A stretch of 64,000 bases of DNA from Chloroflexota bacterium (GTDB lineage: Bacteria; Chloroflexota; Limnocylindria; Limnocylindrales; CSP1-4): the NCBI GenBank assembly GCA_025935925.1, contig JAICUI010000001.1, positions 77,605 to 141,604 on the forward strand, written 5' to 3'. This document shows, piece after piece, positions 47,683 through 55,999 of the stretch. Position numbers and translations under genes: made by a program. The notes under the pieces were generated by a model. That model was given only the letters and a program-made list of their open reading frames with translations, was not told the DNA's origin and did not search any database. Within the stretch, counting starts at the first letter, position 1. Each line of letters begins with the position of its first letter.

Positions 47683-48456
47683 CTACCGGCGGTGCGGCTC
47701 GTCGTCCCCGGGTTCCCGGACCCAGCGGACGCCGACGCGCTCGATGTCGAGGCCCGCGCTGCCGGGTTCGGCCGTGAGTCGGACGACCGGCGGCCGCCCG
47801 TCCCGGCGAACCTCGATGGCCTGACCGCCGAGCGCCGTGCGCCATCCCTCGCTGAAGGCGATGCCGAGCGTCGTCCCGTACGCCTCGGCGACGGCCGGCG
47901 GGTCGACGACCGGCAGCTCGAGCGAACCAAGCCGCAGCCGCCCGCCGCCGGGATGGCGGAAGGCCGCCCTCGCGCCGCGTGCGGCGTCGCCCCATTCGGC
48001 CCCGGTGAGCTCGTGCTCGATCAGGAACGGCGGCCGGTCGGGGCCCAGCACCGGCGGGAACGCCATCCGCCATCGCACGGTCTCGCCGTCGGGCCGGGTC
48101 CGCGCGCCGTCGATCACGTCGCCGATGGGCGACCCGGACGCGTGCAGCGCCTCGACCTCGACGCCCAGTCCGTCGCTCGTGACGGCATACGTGACCAGGC
48201 CGGCGCCGTGCGCCTCGAGCCGGTCGAGCGTCGCGCCGCCCACGGCGAATGCCGGATTGCGGCGGACGAGGCCGGCATCGAACACCCCGATCAGCTCGAC
48301 GTAGGGATCGCCCAGGAACGCCAGGCGGTTGTACGTCCCCATCGCCTCGTGCCGGCCCCCGCCCGTGAACGAGAGCCCGAGGTCGCGCTCCAGCTCCGAC
48401 GCGGCGTCGTCGACGGACGGCACCGCGATCACGAGGTGGTCGATCCCGAGCAGCAC
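47683..48456 (-). CDS. VOC-family (glyoxalase/bleomycin-resistance/dioxygenase fold) protein
   Basis: LLGIDHLVIAVPSVDDAASELERDLGL. Start lies 4 nt after the upstream amidohydrolase stop. Confidence 0.7.
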   Translation of the reverse strand: MLLGIDHLVIAVPSVDDAASELERDLGLSFTGGGRHEAMGTYNRLAFLGDPYVELIGVFDAGLVRRNPAFAVGGATLDRLEAHGAGLVTYAVTSDGLGVEVEALHASGSPIGDVIDGARTRPDGETVRWRMAFPPVLGPDRPPFLIEHELTGAEWGDAARGARAAFRHPGGGRLRLGSLELPVVDPPAVAEAYGTTLGIAFSEGWRTALGGQAIEVRRDGRPPVVRLTAEPGSAGLDIERVGVRWVREPGDDEPHRR

Positions 48457-48460
48457 GGGT

Positions 48461-49723
48461 TCAGTCGCGTGCGCGACGGTCGAGCACGACCCGGCCGCCC
48501 TTGACCACGACCGACGGCGACGCGAGCACCCCGACGTCCGCCACCGGGTCGCCGTCGAGCGCGACGAGATCCGCGAAGCGACCCGGCTCGAGCGTTCCCA
48601 CGCGGTCGGCCCATCCCAGGCATTCGGCGGCCACGACGGTCGCCGACCGGATCGCCGCGAGCGGCGCCATCCCGTACCGCACGTACGTCTCGAACTGGCG
48701 GCCGACGAGCGCGTGCGGGTACACGCCGCTGTCGGTGCTGTAGGTGATCCGGACGCCCGCGTCGACGGCGCCGCTGAACACCGCGTAGGCCGCGGTCATC
48801 GAGTGCTCGAGCTTGCGCATCGTTTCGACGGGCCAGCCGAGGCTGTCGCCGGCGTCGAGCGCCCACTCGCCGTCGAACAGGTCGACGCCGAAGAAGGTCC
48901 CGCTGTCGGCGAGCATCGCGATCGCCTCGGCATCGAAGTACGAGCCGTGCTCGATCGAGCGGGCGCCCGCGCGGATCGCCCGCTTCGCGCCCTCGGCGCC
49001 GTGCGCGTGGACCGCGACGAACCGGTCATACCGGCCGGCCTCGTCGACCGCGGCCCGGAGCTGGTCCTCGCTCAGCTCCGGCGCCCCCGGCACGCCGCCG
49101 CGCGTCGACACCGCCCCGGTGCCGATGCACTTGATGACGCCGGCGCCGCCGATGAGCAGCCGTCGGACGCGGTCGCGGACCTCGTCCACGGTCGTGACGA
49201 CGCCGAACCGGAGGTCGTCGGGCAGCCGGACGTCGTGGGCGAGGCCGACGAGGTCGCCTCCGCCCCACGGCGCCGTGATGTACGCGCCCGCGCACTGTAT
49301 CCGCGGGCCCTCGACGTCGCCACGGTCGATCGCGTCGCGCAGGGCGCAATCGGCGAACGCGCGGTACGTGCCGAGATCGCGGACGGTGGTGAAGCCGGCC
49401 TCGACGGTCTCCCGCGCGTGGCGGACGCCGATCAGGACCTCCTCCGGAGCGCTGGTCATCGTCGCGGGGACACCCGAGCTCAGCACGTCGCCGACCAGGT
49501 GGCTGTGGGTGTCGATCAGTCCGGGCAGCACGGTGAGGCCACGAAGGTCGAGCTCCGGCGTGCCGCCCGGTGCGCCGTCCGCTTCGGTGGCAACGGCCTC
49601 GATCCGGCCGTCGCGGACGAGCAGCGTGCGGTCGCGCAGCACCTCGCCGGACGCCACGTCGAGCAGGCGGCCGGTTCGGATGGCGAGGGCATCGGCGGAA
49701 TCGGCGAACGGGGGGATCGTCAT
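48461..49723 (-). CDS. Amidohydrolase family protein (track's 112-aa N-terminal extension rejected)
   Basis: Starts MTIPPFADSAD...GLIDTHSHL, with the metal-binding HxH motif. Confidence 0.8.
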   Translation of the reverse strand: MTIPPFADSADALAIRTGRLLDVASGEVLRDRTLLVRDGRIEAVATEADGAPGGTPELDLRGLTVLPGLIDTHSHLVGDVLSSGVPATMTSAPEEVLIGVRHARETVEAGFTTVRDLGTYRAFADCALRDAIDRGDVEGPRIQCAGAYITAPWGGGDLVGLAHDVRLPDDLRFGVVTTVDEVRDRVRRLLIGGAGVIKCIGTGAVSTRGGVPGAPELSEDQLRAAVDEAGRYDRFVAVHAHGAEGAKRAIRAGARSIEHGSYFDAEAIAMLADSGTFFGVDLFDGEWALDAGDSLGWPVETMRKLEHSMTAAYAVFSGAVDAGVRITYSTDSGVYPHALVGRQFETYVRYGMAPLAAIRSATVVAAECLGWADRVGTLEPGRFADLVALDGDPVADVGVLASPSVVVKGGRVVLDRRARD

Positions 49724-49796
49724 GGTCGCGATCGTAGTGGCCGCGCCCCTGTTCGACCCGTGCGGCGCGCACCGCGGCGGGACGTACCATCGCCGC

Positions 49797-50378
49797 ATGA
49801 GCCTTCCCGTCCCGCCCGACCACCTCCCGTTCACCGGTGATCCCGACGCCGACCGCCTCATCGCCGCCGACCCGCTGGCGCTGCTGATCGGCTTCGCGCT
49901 CGACCAGCAGGTGACGGTCCAGAAGGCGTTCTCGGGTCCGCTCGAGCTCCAGCGACGGATCGGATCCCTCGACGCGAAGACGATCGCGACGATGGACGAC
50001 GAGCGCCTGGATGCGGCGTTCCGGACGCCGCCCGCGCTGCACCGCTTCCCCGGGAACATGGCAAAGCGGACGCGCGACCTGTGCGCGGCGATCGTCGCGG
50101 ACTACGGGGGCGACGCGGCGCGGATCTGGGACGACGCCGCGGACGCGAGGGACCTCTACGCGCGCCTGATCGCGCTGCCCGGCATCGGGGAGATGAAGGC
50201 GGGATCGATCGTGTCGCTGCTCGGGAACCGGTACGGCATCAAGCCTGCGGGCTGGGCGGACGTCCTTCCCGACCATCCGACGCTGGGAGACGTCGACTCC
50301 GCCGAGGCGCTCGCCGAGTACCAGGCCGGGAAGCGCGCCCGCAAGGCCGAGCTGCGGGCGCAGGGCCAGCGCGCATGA
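49797..50378 (+). CDS. HhH-GPD superfamily (base-excision DNA glycosylase-like) protein
   Basis: LDQQVTVQKAF...LIALPGIGEMKAGSIVSLL helix-hairpin-helix. Confidence 0.7.
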   Translation: MSLPVPPDHLPFTGDPDADRLIAADPLALLIGFALDQQVTVQKAFSGPLELQRRIGSLDAKTIATMDDERLDAAFRTPPALHRFPGNMAKRTRDLCAAIVADYGGDAARIWDDAADARDLYARLIALPGIGEMKAGSIVSLLGNRYGIKPAGWADVLPDHPTLGDVDSAEALAEYQAGKRARKAELRAQGQRA

Positions 50379-50671
50379 CGACGACCGACGCGCTGGGCCC
50401 CGCGGCGCTGATCGCCGGCGTGCTCATGGCGCTCTCGCCGACGCTCCAGGTGCGCCGGATGCTCCAGACCCGGTCGAGCCGCGACTACTCGCTCGGCTAT
50501 CCCAGCCTGCTGTGCGCGGGGTTCGTGTTCTGGCTCGCGTACGGGCTCGCGCTGGTGAACTGGCCGATGATCCTGTCGAACATCGCGTCGCTGATCTTCA
50601 TGCTCTCGACGATCGGCGTGGCGCTCTACTTCCGCCGGGGCGAGGCGGTCGCGAGTCGAGCCTCGGGCTGA
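50375..50671 (+). CDS. SemiSWEET / PQ-loop-like 3-TM small transporter
   Basis: ATGA overlap with the HhH-GPD gene. 98 aa with 3 TM helices. LSPTLQVRRMLQTRS is a PQ-loop-like motif. Confidence 0.55.
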   Translation: MTTTDALGPAALIAGVLMALSPTLQVRRMLQTRSSRDYSLGYPSLLCAGFVFWLAYGLALVNWPMILSNIASLIFMLSTIGVALYFRRGEAVASRASG

Positions 50672-50799
50672 GCGCGGGCGGGGACCGGCGTCCTGCGTCG
50701 CGCGCCGCCGCACCCCGGCCCGAGCCTCGCCTCTTCCCGCCGCTCCCGCCGCGCGCCGCTCGCTAGCCCACGCCGGCGCCCGGCCGCGACTCGCCCAGC

Positions 50800-50960
50800 G
50801 GCTCGTGTGCGCGTCGCCAGCGTCGATTGATCCGGTGCGCGACTCATCGGACACGAATCGCCGGGTTGCACCGTTCATCCGGGTCGCCCAGCGGTTGGAA
50901 CGCTTCGTCACCGTGCACTCGAGCCGCTGAGCGGCTGACCGCACCGCCGCGGCGTGGCGG
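50800..50960. repeat. Non-coding repeat element related to 34700-34950: CGCCCAGCGGCTCG..TGCGCG head, GTCGAT, perfect 7-1-7 palindrome AGCCGCTGAGCGGCT, CGCACCGCC
   Basis: Seen in sequence. Located between the convergent SemiSWEET and DUF3037 gene ends. Confidence 0.45.
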
Positions 50961-50987
50961 ACGACCCTGCTCCGCCCCTGAGGAGCG

Positions 50988-51395
50988 CTAGCGCAGGACG
51001 AGCGTCCGGAACAGGTGCTCGAGCGTCGCGGACGGGTCCGAGGTCAGGCCCGTGTGCACCTCGCTCGGCTGGATGATCGTCGACGACGGCGACACGAGCC
51101 AGTGGAACCGCTCGGGCATCGACAGCGCCGCGATCGGTCCGGCGTCTGCGCGCCCGGACGCCACGGCCTCGACCGCGTCGAGGTGCGCCCGCACCACCTC
51201 GGGATCGCAGTCGGGCGACATCGCGACGAGCAGCGCCTCGTCCAGGGCCACGCGTGCGCCGAGGAACCGCCGCGGCCGGCACATCAGCACGATGCCGGCG
51301 TTGAACCCCTCGCCGCGCTCGACGCGGGGCACGACGCGGACGATCGCGTACTCGAACGGCGCCCGACGGGCTCCCTGCTCAGGCGGCGCGGGCAC
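50988..51395 (-). CDS. DUF3037 family protein
   Basis: FEYAIVRVVPRVERGEGFNAGIVL is the DUF3037 signature. GTG start overlaps the upstream gene by 17 nt. Confidence 0.7.
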   Translation of the reverse strand: MPAPPEQGARRAPFEYAIVRVVPRVERGEGFNAGIVLMCRPRRFLGARVALDEALLVAMSPDCDPEVVRAHLDAVEAVASGRADAGPIAALSMPERFHWLVSPSSTIIQPSEVHTGLTSDPSATLEHLFRTLVLR

Positions 51396-52155
51396 GGTCC
51401 GCCTCCTCGACGAACGGCCTCGGGCTCTCCAGTCGCGTGAGCACGTAGTCGACGTACGCGCGCCGGTGCGCGTCGGCGTCGGCGAGCCCGGGCTCCGGCG
51501 GGAGCCAGTCGTCGGGGATCGAGGCGGCCAGCCCGTCGAGCACCTCGCGCGTCACGAGCGGCGCGAGCCGCGCATCGGCGTCCGCGATGGGTCCCGCGAA
51601 CGGCAGCAGGACGTGATCGCGGACCTGCGGAAACGGGCGGCGGGCGTGCGCGAGCGGGTCCTTCCACGAGTGGTGGATGTACAGCGCCGAGCCGTGGTCG
51701 ATCAGGTACGGCCGCCGGTGCCACACGATGAGGTTCGGGTTTCGCGGCGTCCGGTCGACGTTGGTCGTCAGCGCGTCGAGCCACACGACGGCCGCCGCGA
51801 GGTCGGGATCCGGGGCGGGGCCGATCGCGGGCGCGAACGGGAGCGCGCCCGGCAGGAAGTCGAGCCCGATGTTCGTCCCGGCCGATCGCTCGAGCAGGTC
51901 CTGGATCTCGCCGTCCGGCTCGGCCTTCGCGAGGGCGCCGTCCAGCTCCACGAGGACCTGGTCCGGGACGGGCAGCCCGAGGTGGCGACCCAGCTCACCG
52001 GCGAGGAGCTCGGCCACCAGCGCCTTGCGCCCGTGCCCGGCCCCCAGCAGCTTGACGACGTACAGGCCGTCGTCATCCGCTTCCACGAGCGCCGGCACCG
52101 AGCCGCCCTCGCGGAGTGGGGTCACGTAGCGGGTTGCGACGACCGTCCGGAGCAT
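51379..52155 (-). CDS. HipA-like Ser/Thr kinase-fold protein (DUF3037-associated)
   Basis: NVDRTPRNPNLIVW and YLIDHGSALY resemble the HipA catalytic and Mg-binding loops. Translationally coupled to the DUF3037 gene. Confidence 0.5.
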   Translation of the reverse strand: MLRTVVATRYVTPLREGGSVPALVEADDDGLYVVKLLGAGHGRKALVAELLAGELGRHLGLPVPDQVLVELDGALAKAEPDGEIQDLLERSAGTNIGLDFLPGALPFAPAIGPAPDPDLAAAVVWLDALTTNVDRTPRNPNLIVWHRRPYLIDHGSALYIHHSWKDPLAHARRPFPQVRDHVLLPFAGPIADADARLAPLVTREVLDGLAASIPDDWLPPEPGLADADAHRRAYVDYVLTRLESPRPFVEEADRARAA

Positions 52156-52242
52156 CCGCGGAGTGTAGGGCCTTGCGACCGCGGCGGACGCGGGCTATCG
52201 TTGCGTATGCAACTACCTGACCTGCCTCCCGGAGCTCCCGCC

Positions 52243-52638
52243 ATGGACCGCCGCATCCACGATGCGCTCGATCACAACCAGACCATCGACCTCACGACCA
52301 CGGGCCGCCGGTCCGGCGAGCCACGCCGGATCGAGATCGTGTTCCACAACATCGACGGCCGGATCATCATCAGCGGCGTCCCGTCGCGCCGCACGCGCGC
52401 GTGGCTGCACAACGTCAACGCCGATCCAGCGGTCGTCCTCCACCTCAAGGGACCCGTGGTCGCGGACGTCCCCGGCACGGCGCACGAGATCACCGACCCT
52501 GCCGATCGTCGCTACCTGCTCGAGCACGTCGCGCGGAACTGGCGCCGCACCGACGTCGACGTCATGGAGCGCCAGAGTCCGCTGATCGAGGTGGTGGTGC
52601 CCGGCTACTCGCCCTCCGCGAGCGACGCCGTCGCCTGA
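52243..52638 (+). CDS. Deazaflavin (F420)-dependent nitroreductase family protein (DUF385, Ddn-like)
   Basis: TTTGRRSGEPRRIEIVFHNIDGRIIISG. In-frame ATG with GGAG RBS. Confidence 0.8.
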   Translation: MDRRIHDALDHNQTIDLTTTGRRSGEPRRIEIVFHNIDGRIIISGVPSRRTRAWLHNVNADPAVVLHLKGPVVADVPGTAHEITDPADRRYLLEHVARNWRRTDVDVMERQSPLIEVVVPGYSPSASDAVA

Positions 52639-52662
52639 CGCGATCGGGGATCGACCCGACCG

Positions 52663-52875
52663 CTAGAGGTCGTTGCCCGGCTCGGCCTCGGTGGCCTCCG
52701 GGTGGCGGTCTTTCGTCTTGTCACCCGGGTCGGGCGCGGCCTCGCGCGGTGCGGTCTCGTCGGCGTTGATGGGATGGCCGCCGAGGTTGCCCTCGGGATG
52801 CTGCGACGGGCCGTCGGCGCGGTCGCGGGGCTCGATGTCGTCGGGCCGGGGCTCGCTCTCGCGGACGTGGGGCAT
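52663..52875 (-). CDS. 70-aa acidic, predicted disordered hypothetical protein
   Basis: GGAGGGAG RBS 5 nt before the ATG. High GC3 bias. MPHVRESEPRPDDIEPRDRADGPSQHPEG... Confidence 0.4.
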   Translation of the reverse strand: MPHVRESEPRPDDIEPRDRADGPSQHPEGNLGGHPINADETAPREAAPDPGDKTKDRHPEATEAEPGNDL

Positions 52876-52986
52876 GGGACTCCCTCCTGGTGATGGCAGG
52901 CCGACACCGATCATCGACGGCGGACCGACCCGGGCGCGGTGCCGCGCGCCACGCCACGCTTGCAGCCGCGTGGCGACTGCGGGGAG

Positions 52987-53427
52987 TCAGTCCCGCTCGG
53001 CGTCGAGGAGGGCCCGGAACCGCGCCAGCGACGCCGGCAGCGCTTCGCCGATCCGGCGCTCCGCCTCCTTGCCGATGAACCCGAGGAACGGGGGCGTCGA
53101 GACGGTGACCTCGAGCGAGATCCGGGTCGAGTCGGCCGTCTTCGCGGCGAGCTGGACGCGGACGTCGAACCCGACCGGACCGCCCTTGCCGGTGATCTCG
53201 AGCAGCTCCGGCGGGCGGAAGGCTCGCGCCGTCCCGAGGATCACGAGGCCGCCCGTCGCCTGACCCATCCGCAGCCGGATCCGGCTGCCGGCCGCGAGCT
53301 CGGGGTCGAGCAGCTGGGCCTCCACCACCTCCGGGAGCCAGCGCGGCAGGTCCGGGATCCGCGTCGCCACGCGGAACACGCGATCGACGGGGTGGGACAG
53401 CTCGACGGAGGCGGCGACACGGGTCAC
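52987..53427 (-). CDS. SRPBCC-family (polyketide cyclase/dehydrase, START-like) protein
   Basis: VTRVAASVELSHPVDRVFRVATRIPDLPRWLPEV. GTG start inferred. Confidence 0.65.
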   Translation of the reverse strand: MTRVAASVELSHPVDRVFRVATRIPDLPRWLPEVVEAQLLDPELAAGSRIRLRMGQATGGLVILGTARAFRPPELLEITGKGGPVGFDVRVQLAAKTADSTRISLEVTVSTPPFLGFIGKEAERRIGEALPASLARFRALLDAERD

Positions 53428-54039
53428 GCCTCCATCGTAGGGCGAGCGTCGAGGGCGGAGGGTCTCGCGGCGACCCAGCGCGTGCGACGACGAACGGTGC
53501 GGTCCTGTCCGGAATGGTCCATCCGGGGGATGCGCACGCCGTCGAGCGACGCCTAGGCTCGGTGCATTCGTCGGCACCCCGGTCGTCACCGCCGGAGCCC
53601 AAGCACCCTGCACCGCCTGCCCAGGGGGTCACGTTGTCCGAGACCACGCTCCGCATCGCTCCGCGCTCCGCCGTCGCGATCGCCGACCTGCACCTGCTGC
53701 GGGTCGCGCGCACCGAGCCTCGTCCGGCGGACGCCGGGCGGCTGTCCATCGCCGATCGCCTGCGCCGGCTCGCCCCCGGGGTGATCCGCCGGTCCTGACG
53801 CGGGCCCCGAAGCGCGATCCGCGCGACTTCAGGCCAACCGTCCAGCCCCGGCACTGACATTCGGCCGATCCGCCCGGCGCGCGCCGGTCGTACGGTGTGT
53901 CCATCGAACGGACCGCCAACACACGGACCATCTCGGGCGGCGCGTCGACCCAACGGCGGGATGCCGGACGGTGGCGGAGCCCGAAACCACTGTCCATGCG
54001 GCGGTCCGTTTCGCCATGTCCGGCGCCGCGACGGCGTCG

Positions 54040-54483
54040 CTAGGCGAGGTGCCGGGGATCCCCCTCGAACGAGCGCTTGGCCGCCGCCACCGTGCCCTGC
54101 ACGTCGATCGCGGCCGGGACGCCCGCGAGCAGCTCGTGGAGCCAGCCGATCGGCCCCCAGAGGCGTGAACGCAGCTCCACGGCCTGATGCACCCACGTGC
54201 CGGAGCCCCGCGCCTCGAACGTGAGGATGCGGGCCCGGTGGAGCGACCCCTCGCCGGTCTCGTGCACCTGCCGCGTGGGTCGCCGGTACTCGACGATCTC
54301 CCACTGGGCGGTCGCCACCCGCGTGCGCTCGCGGTACACCGTGCCGCGCCGGGCCGGCCCGGACACGTACAGGATCTCCCGGACCCCCGGGACCCAGCGG
54401 GGCGTGCCGGCGATGTCGTCATACAGCCGCCAGACCTCGTCGCGCGACGCGCCCACGAGCGCCTCGGCCTCCACCCGTCGCAT
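54040..54483 (-). CDS. SRPBCC-family protein (second paralogue)
   Basis: MRRVEAEALVGASRDEVWRLYDDIAGTPRWVPGV. Confidence 0.7.
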   Translation of the reverse strand: MRRVEAEALVGASRDEVWRLYDDIAGTPRWVPGVREILYVSGPARRGTVYRERTRVATAQWEIVEYRRPTRQVHETGEGSLHRARILTFEARGSGTWVHQAVELRSRLWGPIGWLHELLAGVPAAIDVQGTVAAAKRSFEGDPRHLA

Positions 54484-54867
54484 GGCCGCCAGTATCCCTT
54501 GCGGCGGTGCGAGAGGGAACCGCCGCCGCCTCCGCCGGGTGCAAGGCGCGTGACGAACGCGGCCGCGAGGCGCCCGACGCGGCCGCGTGGCGTGATTGCT
54601 GACAGTAACTGTCACGTATCGCGGATAGGCTGACGAGCATGGATTTCGACCACCGAGGTGACCAGCGAATGAGTCTCACCCACCTGCTCGCCGATGCCGT
54701 CCAGGCGGACCGCGGGCGGGAGATCCGGGCGCGGTCTCCCCGCGGGCTCGGGCTGTCCTCCGGCCCGCGCCACCCCCACGAGCCCGAGTCCACCGCGCTC
54801 CCGCTGCAGCGGGCCGCGACCCCTTCGAAGCCCGTCGCCCGGCCGCGCGTGGCCTGGGGCGGCTGAC

Positions 54868-55893
54868 CTAGGCGCGAGCCCCGGCGAACGGCTCCTCCGT
54901 CGCCGGGGCCGCGTCGCTCTCCGAGGCGGCATAGCGTGCCGCGACGGCGATCGCGAGCGCGCCGACCTCGGCCCGCAGCGACGGCGGCTCCAGCACCTCG
55001 AGCGACGTCCCCATCGCGAGCAGCTTGCCGGCGGCCTCCCGCGGCCAGTCGAGCGTCAGCACGACGCGCCGCCACGTGTCGGGCTCGGGGTCCGCATCGG
55101 GCACGTCGCGGGCGGACGCGATCACCGCCGCGGAGAAGACGTCCTCCAGGCGTCGGTAGGCATCGCGGCGGACGCGGACGGTGACCTCCAGACGGGGCGC
55201 CTCGCGCTCGTACGTCGCGATCGACTCCGCCCAGTAGGCGGCGAGGTCGAAGCCCTCCGGTCGCTGCGCCTTCTCCGCCTGGCCCGCGACGCCCATCACG
55301 CGCGAGATGCGGTACGTCCGGAGCTGATCGTCGTGCTGGGCGATGAGGTACCAGGTGCCGGCCTTGAGCACGAGGCCGAGCGGGTCGAGCGTGCGGGTCA
55401 CGATCGTGTCGCCGCGGTCGTAGTCGATCTCGAGCCGGCGGCCCTCCCACACGCACTCCGCGATCGTCGACAGGTGGGGGACGGCCTCGCCCGATCGGAA
55501 CCAGCCGGCGGCGTCGAGGTGGAACCGTTCGAGCAGCCGCGTCGCGCGGCCACGGAGCTCCGGCGGGAGCGCGGCAAGGACCTTGAGCCGGGCGCCCGCG
55601 ACGACCGTCCCGAGCCCGAGCTCGGCCGCGGGGCCCGGGATCCCGGACAGGAACAGCGCCTCGGCCTCGTCCGACGTCATCCCGGTCAGCCGCGTCCGGT
55701 AGCCGTCGACCAGCCGGATCCCGCCGTGCGGCCCGCGCTCGGCGTAGATGGGCACCCCCGCGGCGCCGAGCGCCTCGACGTCGCGGTGGACCGTGCGGAC
55801 GGACACCTCGAGCTCCTCGGCGAGCTCGGCCGCCGTCATGCCCCCGCGGGCCTGGAGGAGGAGCAGCAGGGCGACGAGCCGTGACGCGCGCAT
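54868..55893 (-). CDS. YafY/PafBC-type transcriptional regulator (N-terminal HTH plus WYL domain)
   Basis: MRASRLVALLLLLQARGGMTAAELAEELEVSVRTVHRDVEAL is the HTH. AGTWYLIAQHDDQLRTYRISRV carries the WYL motif. Confidence 0.85.
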   Translation of the reverse strand: MRASRLVALLLLLQARGGMTAAELAEELEVSVRTVHRDVEALGAAGVPIYAERGPHGGIRLVDGYRTRLTGMTSDEAEALFLSGIPGPAAELGLGTVVAGARLKVLAALPPELRGRATRLLERFHLDAAGWFRSGEAVPHLSTIAECVWEGRRLEIDYDRGDTIVTRTLDPLGLVLKAGTWYLIAQHDDQLRTYRISRVMGVAGQAEKAQRPEGFDLAAYWAESIATYEREAPRLEVTVRVRRDAYRRLEDVFSAAVIASARDVPDADPEPDTWRRVVLTLDWPREAAGKLLAMGTSLEVLEPPSLRAEVGALAIAVAARYAASESDAAPATEEPFAGARA

Positions 55894-55999
55894 GGCGGCA
55901 TCCTAGCGCATTGTGGACAGGGCGGGTCATGTATCCGCGCTGGCACGCGCGCCGCGCCGGCGTCGCGGTCGCACGCACCGGGCGGGCTAGCATCTGCGT

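Noticed and set aside
49724-50059. 112-aa N-terminal extension of the amidohydrolase ORF
   Set aside because: Antisense to the HhH-GPD gene. Homology begins at MTIPPF.
52198-52212. GTTGC-GTAT-GCAAC inverted repeat upstream of the Ddn-like gene
   Set aside because: Arms are only 5 bp, so it could occur by chance. Not enough to call an operator.
53514-53798. 94-aa plus-strand ORF between the SRPBCC genes
   Set aside because: Weak RBS and no recognisable family. Only the C-terminal ~55 codons show coding-like GC3. Kept as a low-interest note rather than a feature.
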